Source of the DNA: an uncultured Thiotrichales bacterium
Lineage (GTDB): Bacteria > Pseudomonadota > Gammaproteobacteria > UWMA-0217
Assembly (NCBI GenBank): GCA_964620675.1
Contig: CAZUJU010000012.1
Coordinates: 2,251-66,250, forward strand
Reading direction: 5' to 3'
Length of the DNA stretch: 64,000 nucleotides
The notes below the pieces were generated by a model. The model searched no databases and was not told the DNA's origin. It was given only the letters and a program-made list of their open reading frames with translations. Each line of letters starts with the position of its first letter. Position 1 is the first letter of the stretch. Made by a program: the position numbers and the translations under genes. Positions 48,384-58,153 of this stretch are shown in pieces.

Positions 48384-48587
48384 CCGCGCCCCGTTCGCGC
48401 GATGTCCGCCCTCCCCGCTCAACAAAAGTTAATTATTGTGACAGATTTTCTGAAATTTCCGCGATTTTAGCGCTAAGCTCACCAAATCCATGGACGTACG
48501 CGAACTCTCACCGAGACTCGACCGTATCTGCACGGAGGCGATCTGAATCGACGGGCGGCGTTTCCGCCCTCCGCGGATGAGCCGAAC

Positions 48588-48980
48588 ATGCCCCAACGCA
48601 TTTTGATCGTCGACAGCTCCAAGATGGTTCGCCGTGTTCTGGGCCAACGCTTGGCTGGACCCGACCGGCTGGTCGTCACTGCCGGAAGCTCGAATCAGGC
48701 GCTTGCCAAGCTGATACGCGAGTCGTTTGACCTGATCAGCACGGCACTCGACCTGCCCGATGAAAGTGGACTCGCCTTCATCCTCGCGGTGAGGCGCTTG
48801 CCAGGATATGCCAGCACCCCGATCATCGTCGTATCCGGCAGCACGCTCGACATGCAGGCGTCCGTTCGCCAACTGGGCATTAGCGCGGTCATCAATAAAA
48901 AAGACGGTATTGCGGCATTGACGAACGCCTTGATGCTGCGCTGTACCCAAGAGGCGCGCACCGCGAGTCTGATGTCGTGA
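48588..48980 (+). CDS. Single-domain response regulator (CheY-like receiver)
   Basis: MPQRILIVDSSKMVRRVL...FDLISTALDLPDESGL...IIVVSGS... is a receiver-domain pattern of 130 aa. A hairpin gggcgg-cgtttc-ccgccc sits just upstream of its RBS. Confidence 0.7.
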   Translation: MPQRILIVDSSKMVRRVLGQRLAGPDRLVVTAGSSNQALAKLIRESFDLISTALDLPDESGLAFILAVRRLPGYASTPIIVVSGSTLDMQASVRQLGISAVINKKDGIAALTNALMLRCTQEARTASLMS

Positions 48981-49047
48981 AATCCATTGCGGAACGGTGC
49001 AGCCCTCGTGCCGGATCCGTCTAAACCCGAATTGTGATCCGCTTATC

Positions 49048-49075
49048 TTGCAAGTCGATTTGACCTCGCTATAGT
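49048..49075 (+). promoter_or_regulatory. Putative sigma70-type promoter for rpoH: TTGCAA-16 bp-TATAGT
   Basis: TTGCAA at 49048-49053 and TATAGT at 49070-49075, about 80 nt upstream of the rpoH ATG. Confidence 0.45.
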
Positions 49076-49154
49076 GATTAGCACTCCAGCAGCAAGACTG
49101 CTAAAATATCGTTAGTAATTCGAACATTCATCCTACGAGGTAGATCAAGAATCG

Positions 49155-50021
49155 ATGACCAAGGAACTTCAACTTCGGCCTAACACCACCGAACTGCCGG
49201 TCGTAACGGGTAACTTGCAGGGTTACATTTACGCCGCTTATCAGCTACCGGTGCTGAGCCAGGAAGAAGAACACGCACTGGCGAAGGATCTCCAGCAAAA
49301 CGAGAATATCGAGGCCGCCCGGCAGCTCATCCTGCACAACCTACGGTACGTCATAAAAGTGGCCCGTGGCTACTTGGGGTATGGTCTGCCACTGGCCGAT
49401 CTGGTCCAGGAAGGCAACATCGGTCTGATGAAGGCCGTTAAGCGCTTCGATCCCGACATGGGCGTGCGACTCGTATCGTTCGCCGTCCATTGGATTCGCG
49501 CCGAAATCCACGAATACATCCTGCGCAACTGGCGAATCGTGAAAGTGGCGACGACGAAGGCGCAACGCAAGCTCTTCTTCAATTTGCGTGGTCGCAAAAA
49601 GCGCCTCGGCTGGCTTAACCGCAATGAGATCGAGGATGTGGCGAAGGATCTGGGTGTCAAGCCCGAAGACGTCGAGGAGATGGAGCTCAGGCTGAATGGC
49701 CACGATATCGGCTTCGATCTGACGACGGATGAGGACGATGACACGCCACGGTTCTCACCGGCCGCGTATTTAACGCATGACGACTCCGATCCGGCCGAAA
49801 CCCTTGAGCAGAGCGACTGGCAGAACTACAGTCATGCGCGCCTCACAACCGCGCTGGCGAGCCTTGATCAGCGCAGTCGCGACATCCTGAATCGGCGCTG
49901 GATCAGCGAAGAGAAGGAAACGCTACAGACGCTGGCGGATGAGTACGGGGTTTCCGCCGAACGCATCCGGCAGCTCGAAAACAACGCCATGAAAAAGCTT
50001 CGTTCCGCCATGGAGGCGTAA
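49155..50021 (+). CDS. rpoH: RNA polymerase sigma-32 (heat shock sigma factor)
   Basis: RpoH box region ...[61 protein letters not shown]... It follows ftsYEX, as in E. coli. Confidence 0.9.
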   Translation: MTKELQLRPNTTELPVVTGNLQGYIYAAYQLPVLSQEEEHALAKDLQQNENIEAARQLILHNLRYVIKVARGYLGYGLPLADLVQEGNIGLMKAVKRFDPDMGVRLVSFAVHWIRAEIHEYILRNWRIVKVATTKAQRKLFFNLRGRKKRLGWLNRNEIEDVAKDLGVKPEDVEEMELRLNGHDIGFDLTTDEDDDTPRFSPAAYLTHDDSDPAETLEQSDWQNYSHARLTTALASLDQRSRDILNRRWISEEKETLQTLADEYGVSAERIRQLENNAMKKLRSAMEA

Positions 50022-50039
50022 CAAGCGCGCGGCTTACCG

Positions 50040-50073
50040 GCAAAGCAGTCGCCCTACCGGGCGGTTGCTTTGC
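50040..50073 (+). terminator. 15-bp-stem hairpin 19 nt after rpoH stop (putative terminator/RNA-stability element; no U-tract)
   Basis: gcaaagcagtcgccc-tacc-gggcggttgctttgc is perfectly paired with two G.U wobbles. Confidence 0.3.
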
Positions 50074-50361
50074 AATCACCCTACATCGGCGTGGCATCTG
50101 TTCGAGCGTTGCCCGGCGCGACCCGTCTTTAAACCGACCGCAATCACCCCCTAACGAGATCAGCACTCGCGGTGCCGAGGGTTCGCTGGCGCTGGGCGAT
50201 CGAATCACCCTGCGTTCGACGCGTCGCAACTTCACATGCTCCGCGGCGGGACTAATTGCGCAAACCCCACAACGTCCGAGCCGTGCGGCGATCGCGCACG
50301 CAATTCAGTTATGCCGCTTGCTGCGGCATAATTCCGGTTCACTTTTAACGCGGGAATCCCA

Positions 50362-51660
50362 ATGAAGGTTCTGATTATCGGCGGCGGCGGTCGCGAACAT
50401 GCCCTCGCGTGGAAGATCGCGCAATCGCCTCTCGTTGACGCAGTCATGGTTGCCCCCGGAAACGCCGGGACGGCGCGCGAAGACAAAGTGCACAACGTGC
50501 CAATCGCCGCGGAAAACGTCGCCGAGCTGGTCGAGTTCGCGCGCGCCCAAGCGATCGACCTGACCATCGTCGGTCCGGAAACGCCCTTGGTGCTCGGGAT
50601 CGTCGACCAATTCAGCGCCGCTGGCCTCAAGTGCTTTGGCCCGACCCAAACGGCCGCGCAACTCGAGGGTTCCAAATCCTTCGCCAAGGATTTCCTCGCA
50701 CGCCACCGGATACCGACCGCGGCTTATCGCAACTTCACGGACCCAACGGCGGCGGCGGACTATATCCGGGCGCAAGGCGCGCCAATCGTGGTCAAGGCCG
50801 ACGGTCTCGCGGCCGGCAAGGGTGTCATCCTTGCGTCGACCGAGGCAGAGGCGATTCGGGCAGTCGACGACATGCTCGCTGGCAATGCCTTCGGCGCAGC
50901 CGGGCATCGAGTCGTAATCGAGGAACTGTTACGCGGCGAGGAAGCAAGCTTCATCGTGATGGTTGACGGCGAACATATCCTGCCGATGGCCAGTTCGCAG
51001 GACCATAAGGCCCGTGACGACGGCGACCTAGGCCCCAACACCGGCGGCATGGGCGCCTATTCGCCAGCTCCGGTCGTTACCCCGGACATGCACCAACGCA
51101 TCCTCCGTGAAGTGATCGAACCCACCGTGACCGGCCTGCGGGCGGACGGCATCCGCTATACCGGATTCCTCTACGCTGGAATTATGATCACGCCGGATGG
51201 CAGCCCGAAGGTGCTCGAATTCAACTGCCGCTTCGGCGACCCCGAAACCCAACCGATCATGATGCGGCTCAAATCGGATCTGGTGGAACTGGTACTCGCG
51301 GCACTGGCAGGTCAGCTCGATCAGGTCGAGGCCGAGTGGGATACCCGCGCAGCGGTCGGAGTGGTGCTCGCGGCGGGGGGTTACCCAAGCGCCTATCGCC
51401 AAGGCGACCCGATTCATTGGCTCGACGCACTCGACCCGACCCAGGCCAAGCTGTTCCATGCTGGAACACGCGATCACGACGATGGCACGATCATCACCCA
51501 GGGCGGTCGCGTGCTGTGCGCGGTTGGACTCGGCGACTCCGTGACTGCAGCGCAGCAAACGGCTTATGCAGCTGCACGATCAGTCCGCTGGGAGGGCATG
51601 TTCTATCGTCACGACATTGGCTATCGTGCAATCGCGCGCGAGCGTGACAACGCCAGCTGA
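50362..51660 (+). CDS. purD: Phosphoribosylamine--glycine ligase
   Basis: MKVLIIGGGGREHALAWKIAQS...ATP-grasp...GGRVLCAVGLGDSV. 432 aa. Confidence 0.9.
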   Translation: MKVLIIGGGGREHALAWKIAQSPLVDAVMVAPGNAGTAREDKVHNVPIAAENVAELVEFARAQAIDLTIVGPETPLVLGIVDQFSAAGLKCFGPTQTAAQLEGSKSFAKDFLARHRIPTAAYRNFTDPTAAADYIRAQGAPIVVKADGLAAGKGVILASTEAEAIRAVDDMLAGNAFGAAGHRVVIEELLRGEEASFIVMVDGEHILPMASSQDHKARDDGDLGPNTGGMGAYSPAPVVTPDMHQRILREVIEPTVTGLRADGIRYTGFLYAGIMITPDGSPKVLEFNCRFGDPETQPIMMRLKSDLVELVLAALAGQLDQVEAEWDTRAAVGVVLAAGGYPSAYRQGDPIHWLDALDPTQAKLFHAGTRDHDDGTIITQGGRVLCAVGLGDSVTAAQQTAYAAARSVRWEGMFYRHDIGYRAIARERDNAS

Positions 51661-51804
51661 TGGCGCGGGCACCCAAGCGTGGCGCCGATACCGCACGTCA
51701 ACTGGCGCTGCTGGTCACCGCCAAGGCGGTGATCATCCTCGTCGTCGTGGCCATCATTCTGCTGCTGAAAGCCCTGCTGTGATCGATGACCACCTGAGCC
51801 GCGC

Positions 51805-53064
51805 TCAGCCGCGGCGCATCGAGTCAAAGAATTCGTTGTTGGTCTTGGTAGACTGAAGTTTCCCGAGCAAGAACTCCATCGAGTCGAGATCCTCCATTGG
51901 GTGCAGGAACTTGCGCAGAATCCAGAGTTTTTGCAGCTCATCACCGTCACAGAGCAATTCTTCGCGCCGCGTCCCGGACCGGGTGATATTGATGGCCGGA
52001 AATACGCGCTTCTCGCTGATCCGACGATCGAGATGAATCTCGGCGTTGCCCGTGCCTTTGAACTCCTCGTAGATCACCTCATCCATCTTCGACCCGGTAT
52101 CGATCAACGCGGTCGCAAGAATGGTCAGGCTACCCCCTTCCTCAATGTTGCGTGCCGCGCCGAAAAAACGCTTGGGCCGCTGCAGCGCGTTGGCGTCCAC
52201 ACCGCCGGTCAGCACCTTACCTGACGCTGGAACCACGGTGTTATAGGCCCGCGCCAGTCGGGTGATCGAATCGAGCAGAATCACCACATCGCGCTTATGT
52301 TCAACGAGCCGTTTCGCCTTTTCGATGACCATCTCCGCGACCTGAACGTGGCGCGTGGCGGGTTCGTCGAAGGTACTAGAAATCACCTCGCCGCGAACCA
52401 TCCGTTGCATCTCCGTGACTTCTTCCGGACGCTCGTCGATCAGCAGCACGATGAGGTAAACGTCGGGATGATTGGATGCGATGCTCTGCGCAATGTTCTG
52501 CAGCATGATCGTCTTTCCCGCCTTTGGCGGAGCGATGATCAAGCCACGCTGCCCTTTTCCAACCGGCGCCACAATATCAATGACGCGAGCCGTAATGTCC
52601 TCGGTGCTGCCATTACCGCGCTCCATCCGCATCCGCTTTTCGGGATGCAACGGCGTCAGATTTTCGAACAAAATCTTGCGCTTGGCGTTCTCCGGCGGCT
52701 CGAAGTTGATGTGATCAACCTTGAGTAGCGCGAAATAGCGCTCACCCTCTTTCGGCGGACGAATCTTGCCGGCAATGGTGTCGCCGGTGCGTAAGCTGAA
52801 ACGCCGTATCTGACTCGGTGACACGTAAATATCATCCGGGCCGGCGAGATAGGAGCTGTCAGCGGAGCGTAGGAAGCCAAACCCGTCCTGGAGGATTTCG
52901 AGCACCCCGTCGCCGAAAATATCCTCACCGTTCTTGGCACGCGATTTGAGGATTGCAAAAATCAAGTCCTGCTTGCGTTGCCGAGCGACGTCCTCGATTC
53001 CCATCTGTTGGGCGACATCGAGCAGTTCGCCCGCGGGCTTTTTCTTGAGTTCGGTTAGATTCAT
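51805..53064 (-). CDS. rho: Transcription termination factor Rho
   Basis: [24 protein letters not shown]..., Walker [13 protein letters not shown]. 419 aa, as in E. coli Rho. An approx. 197-nt leader lies between the trxA stop and the rho start. Confidence 0.95.
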   Translation of the reverse strand: MNLTELKKKPAGELLDVAQQMGIEDVARQRKQDLIFAILKSRAKNGEDIFGDGVLEILQDGFGFLRSADSSYLAGPDDIYVSPSQIRRFSLRTGDTIAGKIRPPKEGERYFALLKVDHINFEPPENAKRKILFENLTPLHPEKRMRMERGNGSTEDITARVIDIVAPVGKGQRGLIIAPPKAGKTIMLQNIAQSIASNHPDVYLIVLLIDERPEEVTEMQRMVRGEVISSTFDEPATRHVQVAEMVIEKAKRLVEHKRDVVILLDSITRLARAYNTVVPASGKVLTGGVDANALQRPKRFFGAARNIEEGGSLTILATALIDTGSKMDEVIYEEFKGTGNAEIHLDRRISEKRVFPAINITRSGTRREELLCDGDELQKLWILRKFLHPMEDLDSMEFLLGKLQSTKTNNEFFDSMRRG

Positions 53065-53261
53065 GGCGAGCGCGAGAACAATACTAATTGGGTTTGGAAG
53101 ATTCGAAGGACAATCGGAATGCGTTCAGGGACGCCGCAGGCGCTTATCGTTCGAATGATGGAAGGTGTGCCAGAACGGCAAATCGTCGCGGGACGATAAG
53201 CAACTATAATCCGAATTGCTCGGACCGTCCAGCCTTTAAACCGGACAGTCCGACCACTTCG

Positions 53262-53585
53262 TCAGATATTTTGATCCAGAAAGGCAGTCAATTGCGACTT
53301 GGACAAAGCGCCGACCTTGACCGCTTCGACATTACCGCCTTTGAACAACATCAACGTAGGGATGCCGCGAATACCGTATTTCGGGGGCGTCTGCGGGTTT
53401 TCATCCACATTGAGTTTGACAATTTTGATCCGACCATCGTAGTCCTTCGAAATTTCTTCCAGGATCGGCGCGATCATCTTGCACGGCCCACACCATTCGG
53501 CCCAATAATCCACCAATACCGGCTCGACCGACTTCAACACATCCGCTTCGAAGCTGTCATCGCTAACTTTGAGAATACTGCTCAC
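53262..53585 (-). CDS. trxA: Thioredoxin 1
   Basis: [13 protein letters not shown] active site. 107 aa. Confidence 0.9.
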   Translation of the reverse strand: MSSILKVSDDSFEADVLKSVEPVLVDYWAEWCGPCKMIAPILEEISKDYDGRIKIVKLNVDENPQTPPKYGIRGIPTLMLFKGGNVEAVKVGALSKSQLTAFLDQNI

Positions 53586-53675
53586 GTGCTCCTCTCCAGC
53601 AAGGTCAGTTCTTATCAGGGAAAAAGAGACTAGACCATCGTTCGCGTCGAGTCCATATTTGAAGCGAACTTAGGT

Positions 53676-54986
53676 ATGCTATATCGGATGAACAACGACC
53701 ACTTGACGGGAATCGCCTTCGCCGACCTACCACTCGACGAAGCCATACAACAAGGCATACGTGAAACCGGCTTCACCCACTGCACCCCAATCCAGGCGCG
53801 CACGTTACCGATTGCGTTGCACGGGCGTGACACTGCCGGCCAAGCGCAAACCGGAACCGGTAAAACTGCGGCATTCCTGGTCGCACTGATTCAGCACCTG
53901 ATCGACCATCCGGCACCGTCACAGCGCCAACCCAATCAGCCACGCGCGCTGGTGCTCGCCCCGACCCGCGAGCTCGCGATACAAATCCATGCCGATGCAG
54001 TGAAACTCAACCGCCACACCGGGTTCGTTCTCGGCCTGGTCTATGGCGGCGTCGATTACGAGAAGCAACGCCAGCAGTTACGCGACGGAATCGACATCCT
54101 GATCGGCACCCCGGGTCGCTTGATCGATTATTTCAAACAGTACGTGTTCAATCTGAAAGCGCTGCAAGTGCTCGTGATCGACGAGGCCGACCGCATGTTC
54201 GACCTCGGCTTCATCGCCGACCTGCGTTTCCTGATGCGGCGCATGCCCCCCCCCGATAAGCGGCTCAGCATGCTGTTCTCGGCGACGCTCTCGTACCGCG
54301 TGATGGAACTCGCGTACGAACACATGAACAATCCCGAGCGGGTCGAGATCGCCCCCGAGCAGGTCACGGCCGATCGCGTCGAGCAATGTATCTTCTACCC
54401 GTCCAACCAGGAAAAAATCCGGTTGTTGATCGGTCTGATCCAACGCGAACAACCGGAGCGGAGCATCGTTTTCGTCAATACCAAACGCACGGCGGAACAA
54501 GTCGAGCGCTGGCTGGAAGCCAACGATATTACCGTCGCGCTGCTTTCGGGGGACGTACCGCAACAGAAGCGTCAGCGTCTTTTGCGCGAGTTCGGCGAAG
54601 GACAATATCGAGTCCTGCTCGCGACCGACGTTGCCGCACGTGGCCTCCACATCCCCGACGTCAGTCACGTCTTTAATTTCGACCTTCCGCAAGCCGCTGA
54701 AGATTATGTTCATCGAATTGGACGCACCGCTCGGGCGGGTGCCGCAGGTAAGGCCATGAGCCTCGCCTGCGAGGATTACGCCTATTCGCTACCCGAAATC
54801 GAGACGTATATTGGTCAAAAAATCAATTACCTACCAACAGAGGCGTACCTCGCCAGCGAAATCAGGAAACCAGCCCGCCACGCCGAAACGCGCCCGCGAC
54901 AGGCACCGCAAGGCGGTGGTGGTCACGGCCAGGAACGCGGCAATACCAACGCCCGTCGTCCCCGCCCGCCACGCCGCCAAGGCTAA
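53676..54986 (+). CDS. rhlB: ATP-dependent RNA helicase RhlB (DEAD-box)
   Basis: F..FADLPL...TPIQARTLPIALHGRDTAGQAQTGTGKT (Q motif and motif I), VLVIDEADRMFDLGF (DEAD), and an Arg/Gly-rich C-tail. It is divergent from trxA, as in E. coli. Confidence 0.85.
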   Translation: MLYRMNNDHLTGIAFADLPLDEAIQQGIRETGFTHCTPIQARTLPIALHGRDTAGQAQTGTGKTAAFLVALIQHLIDHPAPSQRQPNQPRALVLAPTRELAIQIHADAVKLNRHTGFVLGLVYGGVDYEKQRQQLRDGIDILIGTPGRLIDYFKQYVFNLKALQVLVIDEADRMFDLGFIADLRFLMRRMPPPDKRLSMLFSATLSYRVMELAYEHMNNPERVEIAPEQVTADRVEQCIFYPSNQEKIRLLIGLIQREQPERSIVFVNTKRTAEQVERWLEANDITVALLSGDVPQQKRQRLLREFGEGQYRVLLATDVAARGLHIPDVSHVFNFDLPQAAEDYVHRIGRTARAGAAGKAMSLACEDYAYSLPEIETYIGQKINYLPTEAYLASEIRKPARHAETRPRQAPQGGGGHGQERGNTNARRPRPPRRQG

Positions 54987-55157
54987 GCCCCCGACCTGAC
55001 CCACCTATCTTACCGACGCCCTGACCGGGCGCCGGGACGCGCCAGCCGAATCCCTCGCTATCCATCGCCATCTGTGCCGGTCCGCCCCGCCGGCGAAACG
55101 CGAATCCTTATCCCAAATCAATCGCAAAATTCGCAAGCCTGACTATACTTTTAGGCT

Positions 55158-56138
55158 ATGACCGAATTAATCGACCCCTTTCGCCGCCGCATCGAATATA
55201 TACGCCTGTCCGTCACGGATCGGTGCGATCTTCGCTGCACCTATTGCCTACCCGAGCGGTTTCACGATTTCGAGGAACCTGACGAGTGGCTTACCTTCGA
55301 GGAGATCGAGCGCATTGTGCGAGCGTTTTCGGACCTCGGCGTCAAACGAGTTCGTCTGACCGGCGGCGAGCCTCTGACCCGCCGCGATCTTCCCGAACTG
55401 GCGGCACGTCTCGCCGCGTTGCCCGGCGTCACCGACCTCTCGCTCAGCACCAACGCGACCCGACTTGCCCGGCACGCGCAAGCCTTGCGCCAAGCCGGCG
55501 TTTCCCGCCTCAACGTCAGCCTTGATTCGCTTGACGCCGAGGTCTTCAAGTCCGTCACACACGGCAAGCTGGAAAAGGTTCTGAACGGTCTGATGGCGGC
55601 CAAAGCCGCCGGCTTCACGCCGATCAAAATCAATATGGTGGTCATGAAAGGGATCAATGATCACGAAGTCGAGGCGATGGTCGAATTTTGTCTCGAGCAC
55701 GATTTCACTCTCCGCTTTATCGAAACCATGCCGATGGGCGACACCGGACGCATCGCCAGCCAGCAATATCTGAGTCTGCAGGAGGTTCACGCGCGGCTAG
55801 GTCAGCGCTACGACCTGATCCCCACCGTCATGCAAGGCGGTGGGCCGGCCCGCTACTACAGTGTCGCCGGCACGCGCCTGCGACTCGGCTTCATCACACC
55901 GATCAGCCAGCATTTCTGCGAAACCTGTAACCGGGTGAGAATCAGCGCCGACGGCACGATATATCTCTGTCTCGGCCAGGAAGACAGTTACTCGTTGAGG
56001 CCGATTTTGCGCCGGGGGGCGTCGGACGCGGAACTCCGTGCAGCCATCCTCCATGCGATCGCGCTTAAACCCGAGCGCCACGAATTCCGCGACAACCCGC
56101 AAAAAGTCTTACGCTTCATGTCGATGACCGGGGGTTAG
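55158..56138 (+). CDS. moaA: GTP 3',8-cyclase (molybdenum cofactor biosynthesis protein A, radical SAM)
   Basis: RLSVTDRCDLRCTYCLPE (CxxxCxxC radical-SAM cluster), with C-terminal cluster Cys residues in CETCNRVRISADG. Confidence 0.9.
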   Translation: MTELIDPFRRRIEYIRLSVTDRCDLRCTYCLPERFHDFEEPDEWLTFEEIERIVRAFSDLGVKRVRLTGGEPLTRRDLPELAARLAALPGVTDLSLSTNATRLARHAQALRQAGVSRLNVSLDSLDAEVFKSVTHGKLEKVLNGLMAAKAAGFTPIKINMVVMKGINDHEVEAMVEFCLEHDFTLRFIETMPMGDTGRIASQQYLSLQEVHARLGQRYDLIPTVMQGGGPARYYSVAGTRLRLGFITPISQHFCETCNRVRISADGTIYLCLGQEDSYSLRPILRRGASDAELRAAILHAIALKPERHEFRDNPQKVLRFMSMTGG

Positions 56139-56168
56139 CGCACCACCCCAGACCTACCCTGGGGGCGG

Positions 56169-56339
56169 ATGTCGTGCATTCATCAAAAACACCTTGCATT
56201 GCGAAAAATCAAACCTAAAATAACATTGAGGGTAGAGAGGGTGATTCGCACAAGAAGTCCCGTAAATGTCTGTAGACAAAAGGGCTCTTTGTGGCAAATA
56301 GACAACAAAGTCGTTGAGAAGAAGCTGGTTTTAATATAG
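56169..56339 (+). CDS. Candidate small basic protein (56 aa) in AT-rich islet, not in ORF track
   Basis: ATG at 56169 is preceded by GGGGGCGG. It encodes MSCIHQKHLALRKIKPKITLRVERVIRTRSPVNVCRQKGSLWQIDNKVVEKKLVLI. Codon usage is AT-rich and atypical for the host. It could be a chance ORF. Confidence 0.2.
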   Translation: MSCIHQKHLALRKIKPKITLRVERVIRTRSPVNVCRQKGSLWQIDNKVVEKKLVLI

Positions 56340-56579
56340 ATAAAGCGATTCTGACGACTGACGGGTCAGGTACGGGAATACGATCTTTCGTTTTTCGACG
56401 GATCTTTGCGGCAGTTGCGCGATAATTACGTTAGAGCGTTTTTGTTTTAGCTGTAACCGCTTGATCGTGCGTCGCTTCCGCCCCACCTCTCCCTGTACGC
56501 AACCGAGGTCTTGACCAAACGCGTCGAGACTCGATTATTACAAATGCCGTTAGGCACGCAGTGCGTGTGGAGGATTTTG

Positions 56580-56741
56580 ATGGAAGGTTTTGCAGTTCTA
56601 ATGCTCTCACTGTTCTTTGTAGCCGCAATTGCCGCACTGGTGGCGACGATCCGGGCATGCCGCGCCAACAATTCCTGCGGCACACTGCTGGATCACGAGC
56701 ACAAATCCAAACACAATCAAACCGTAAGCGGACATCGCTAA
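56580..56741 (+). CDS. Candidate small single-TM membrane protein (53 aa)
   Basis: ATG at 56580 has GGAGGA 5 nt upstream. It encodes MEGFAVLMLSLFFVAAIAALVATIRACRANNSCGTLLDHEHKSKHNQTVSGHR. The ORF track lists a longer version, 56511..56741. A terminator-like hairpin plus T5 follows. Confidence 0.4.
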   Translation: MEGFAVLMLSLFFVAAIAALVATIRACRANNSCGTLLDHEHKSKHNQTVSGHR

Positions 56742-56762
56742 GCCCTCAGGAACGGGCTTTTT
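56740..56762 (+). terminator. Putative intrinsic terminator after small membrane-protein ORF
   Basis: aagccc-tcaggaac-gggctt followed by ttttt (56758-56762). The stem is short (6 bp). Confidence 0.35.
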
Positions 56763-56948
56763 GGCAGTCTGCCGGGTTCGAAGCGAACCGGCGGACCTGT
56801 TTAATCGGGTGGAATAGACGAGAGCAATTCGCTCCGAATTCGCGTTCGTTCGCCAACTGTCTGTGGTGGCGAAAGCACGGAGGGTACTGCGCACAGGGAT
56901 TGAATCGATCCCTTCCGCTCTCACGCCCGCTATAGAGCGATAATCCGC

Positions 56949-57338
56949 ATGAACACGATGAAAGCATCAACCTTGGACGAGTGGGAATCCGCGCTCCAAA
57001 ATCGGCTGAGCAGTTATGACCAGCGGGGTGGATTCATTTTTTACCTCCCCGATGCGCGCCCCGACCTCGCGCTGAAGCTTGCCAGAAAATTCGACTACGA
57101 TTTTGTCGACTACCAACAACATATTGCACTCGCGTTGGGTCGTGACGCGTACTTCCTGACCCTGAGTCGACTCGATGAAATCATAGCCAATCTCACGCTT
57201 CAGAAGGGGATCGTGCTCTACAACGTCGAAACCTTGCTGTGCTGGAAAACACCGAGTGAACGCCGCGCCTGGTTAAGTCGATTTCTGATTACGCCCTGGG
57301 CTAACCCTGTTGTACTCGCGCTCGTTCCCTGCGGGTAG
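56949..57338 (+). CDS. Hypothetical protein (129 aa)
   Basis: MNTMKASTLDEWESALQNRLSSYDQRGGFIFYLPD... with no recognizable motifs. It lies in/adjacent to the AT-rich islet downstream of moaA. Confidence 0.45.
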   Translation: MNTMKASTLDEWESALQNRLSSYDQRGGFIFYLPDARPDLALKLARKFDYDFVDYQQHIALALGRDAYFLTLSRLDEIIANLTLQKGIVLYNVETLLCWKTPSERRAWLSRFLITPWANPVVLALVPCG

Positions 57339-57433
57339 CGACTGGTGGCCGATCGGCGGTGTGCGACCGGCGGTCGTCTAAGGACTGCCGGGCTTGAGCA
57401 GTTGCCGACTGATAGACCTCCATGGACCGAGGC

Positions 57434-58153
57434 TCAAACCTTGATGTAAATCCAGCCCTGTTGCATCCGGCTCACAATCTGTCCGACTGCGGAAGGCACC
57501 ATCTGCGCCTCGGGCAGAAGCTTGACGACCGCGCCTTCGCGCTGCAAGCGCGCAACGGTTTGACCACAGGCAACGAAACTCAGGTGACTATAACGGAGTG
57601 ACAGATCGGTGACGCGCCGGGCGAATGGCGAACTTTCCTCCCGCAGGAGGTCAAGTCCGTAGCTATTTGCGACCACCTCGACCTCGGGGTCCCGACCGGC
57701 CGCGGCCGCGTCGGCCAGCAACTTCTCGACGCTATCGAGTACGATCGTGAGACGCTCCTCGTCGCCCGAATCGATATGCAAAATCACCTTGCCCGAACGG
57801 GCCGCCTGCCTGAACTGCGCCGGCGTCAGACCCTGCAGCCCCATCGCCCAACCGGACTCCGCAGGCAGCGGTTTGAGCCACCAGCCGCCGCCGAATCCGA
57901 GGGTGAATACGACGAGCACCGCTGCCGCGACCGCACCGATCTGGGCCCAATTCTTCGCCACCCGGCGTTGCTCGCGCTGAGGCGGATGCCCGTAGGCAAG
58001 CCGCGTCAACCCCTTCATACCGCGCAAGAGGCAGATTCGATTTGATAACTCGGTGTCGAGCTGCATCGCCTCGAACAGCTGCTCGGCCTCGGGCGAGTCC
58101 AGCTCGCCATCGACAAAGGCGTTTAGCATCTCATCGGAGATCTCCCGCCTCAT
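57434..58153 (-). CDS. Anti-sigma factor (N-terminal anti-sigma domain, one TM helix) with C-terminal DsrE/DsrF-like (YchN-fold) domain
   Basis: MRREISDEMLNAFVDGELD... is the typical RseA/ChrR-like anti-sigma N-terminus. TM helix WAQIGAVAAAVLVVFTLGFGGGWWL. The C-terminal approx. 130 aa read ...GKVILHIDSGDEERL...VVANSYGLDLL...FVACGQTV...QQGWIYIKV, resembling DsrE/YchN-like proteins with the conserved Cys. It overlaps the sigma-factor gene by 4 nt. Confidence 0.7.
   Translation of the reverse strand: MRREISDEMLNAFVDGELDSPEAEQLFEAMQLDTELSNRICLLRGMKGLTRLAYGHPPQREQRRVAKNWAQIGAVAAAVLVVFTLGFGGGWWLKPLPAESGWAMGLQGLTPAQFRQAARSGKVILHIDSGDEERLTIVLDSVEKLLADAAAAGRDPEVEVVANSYGLDLLREESSPFARRVTDLSLRYSHLSFVACGQTVARLQREGAVVKLLPEAQMVPSAVGQIVSRMQQGWIYIKV

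Noticed and set aside
48994-49036. Possible sigmaE-type promoter (GGAAC...TCTAA) upstream of rpoH
   Set aside because: The spacing between the GGAAC-like and TCTAA-like elements is about 22 nt, too long for the 16-nt sigmaE consensus. Only the sigma70-like TTGCAA-16-TATAGT was kept.
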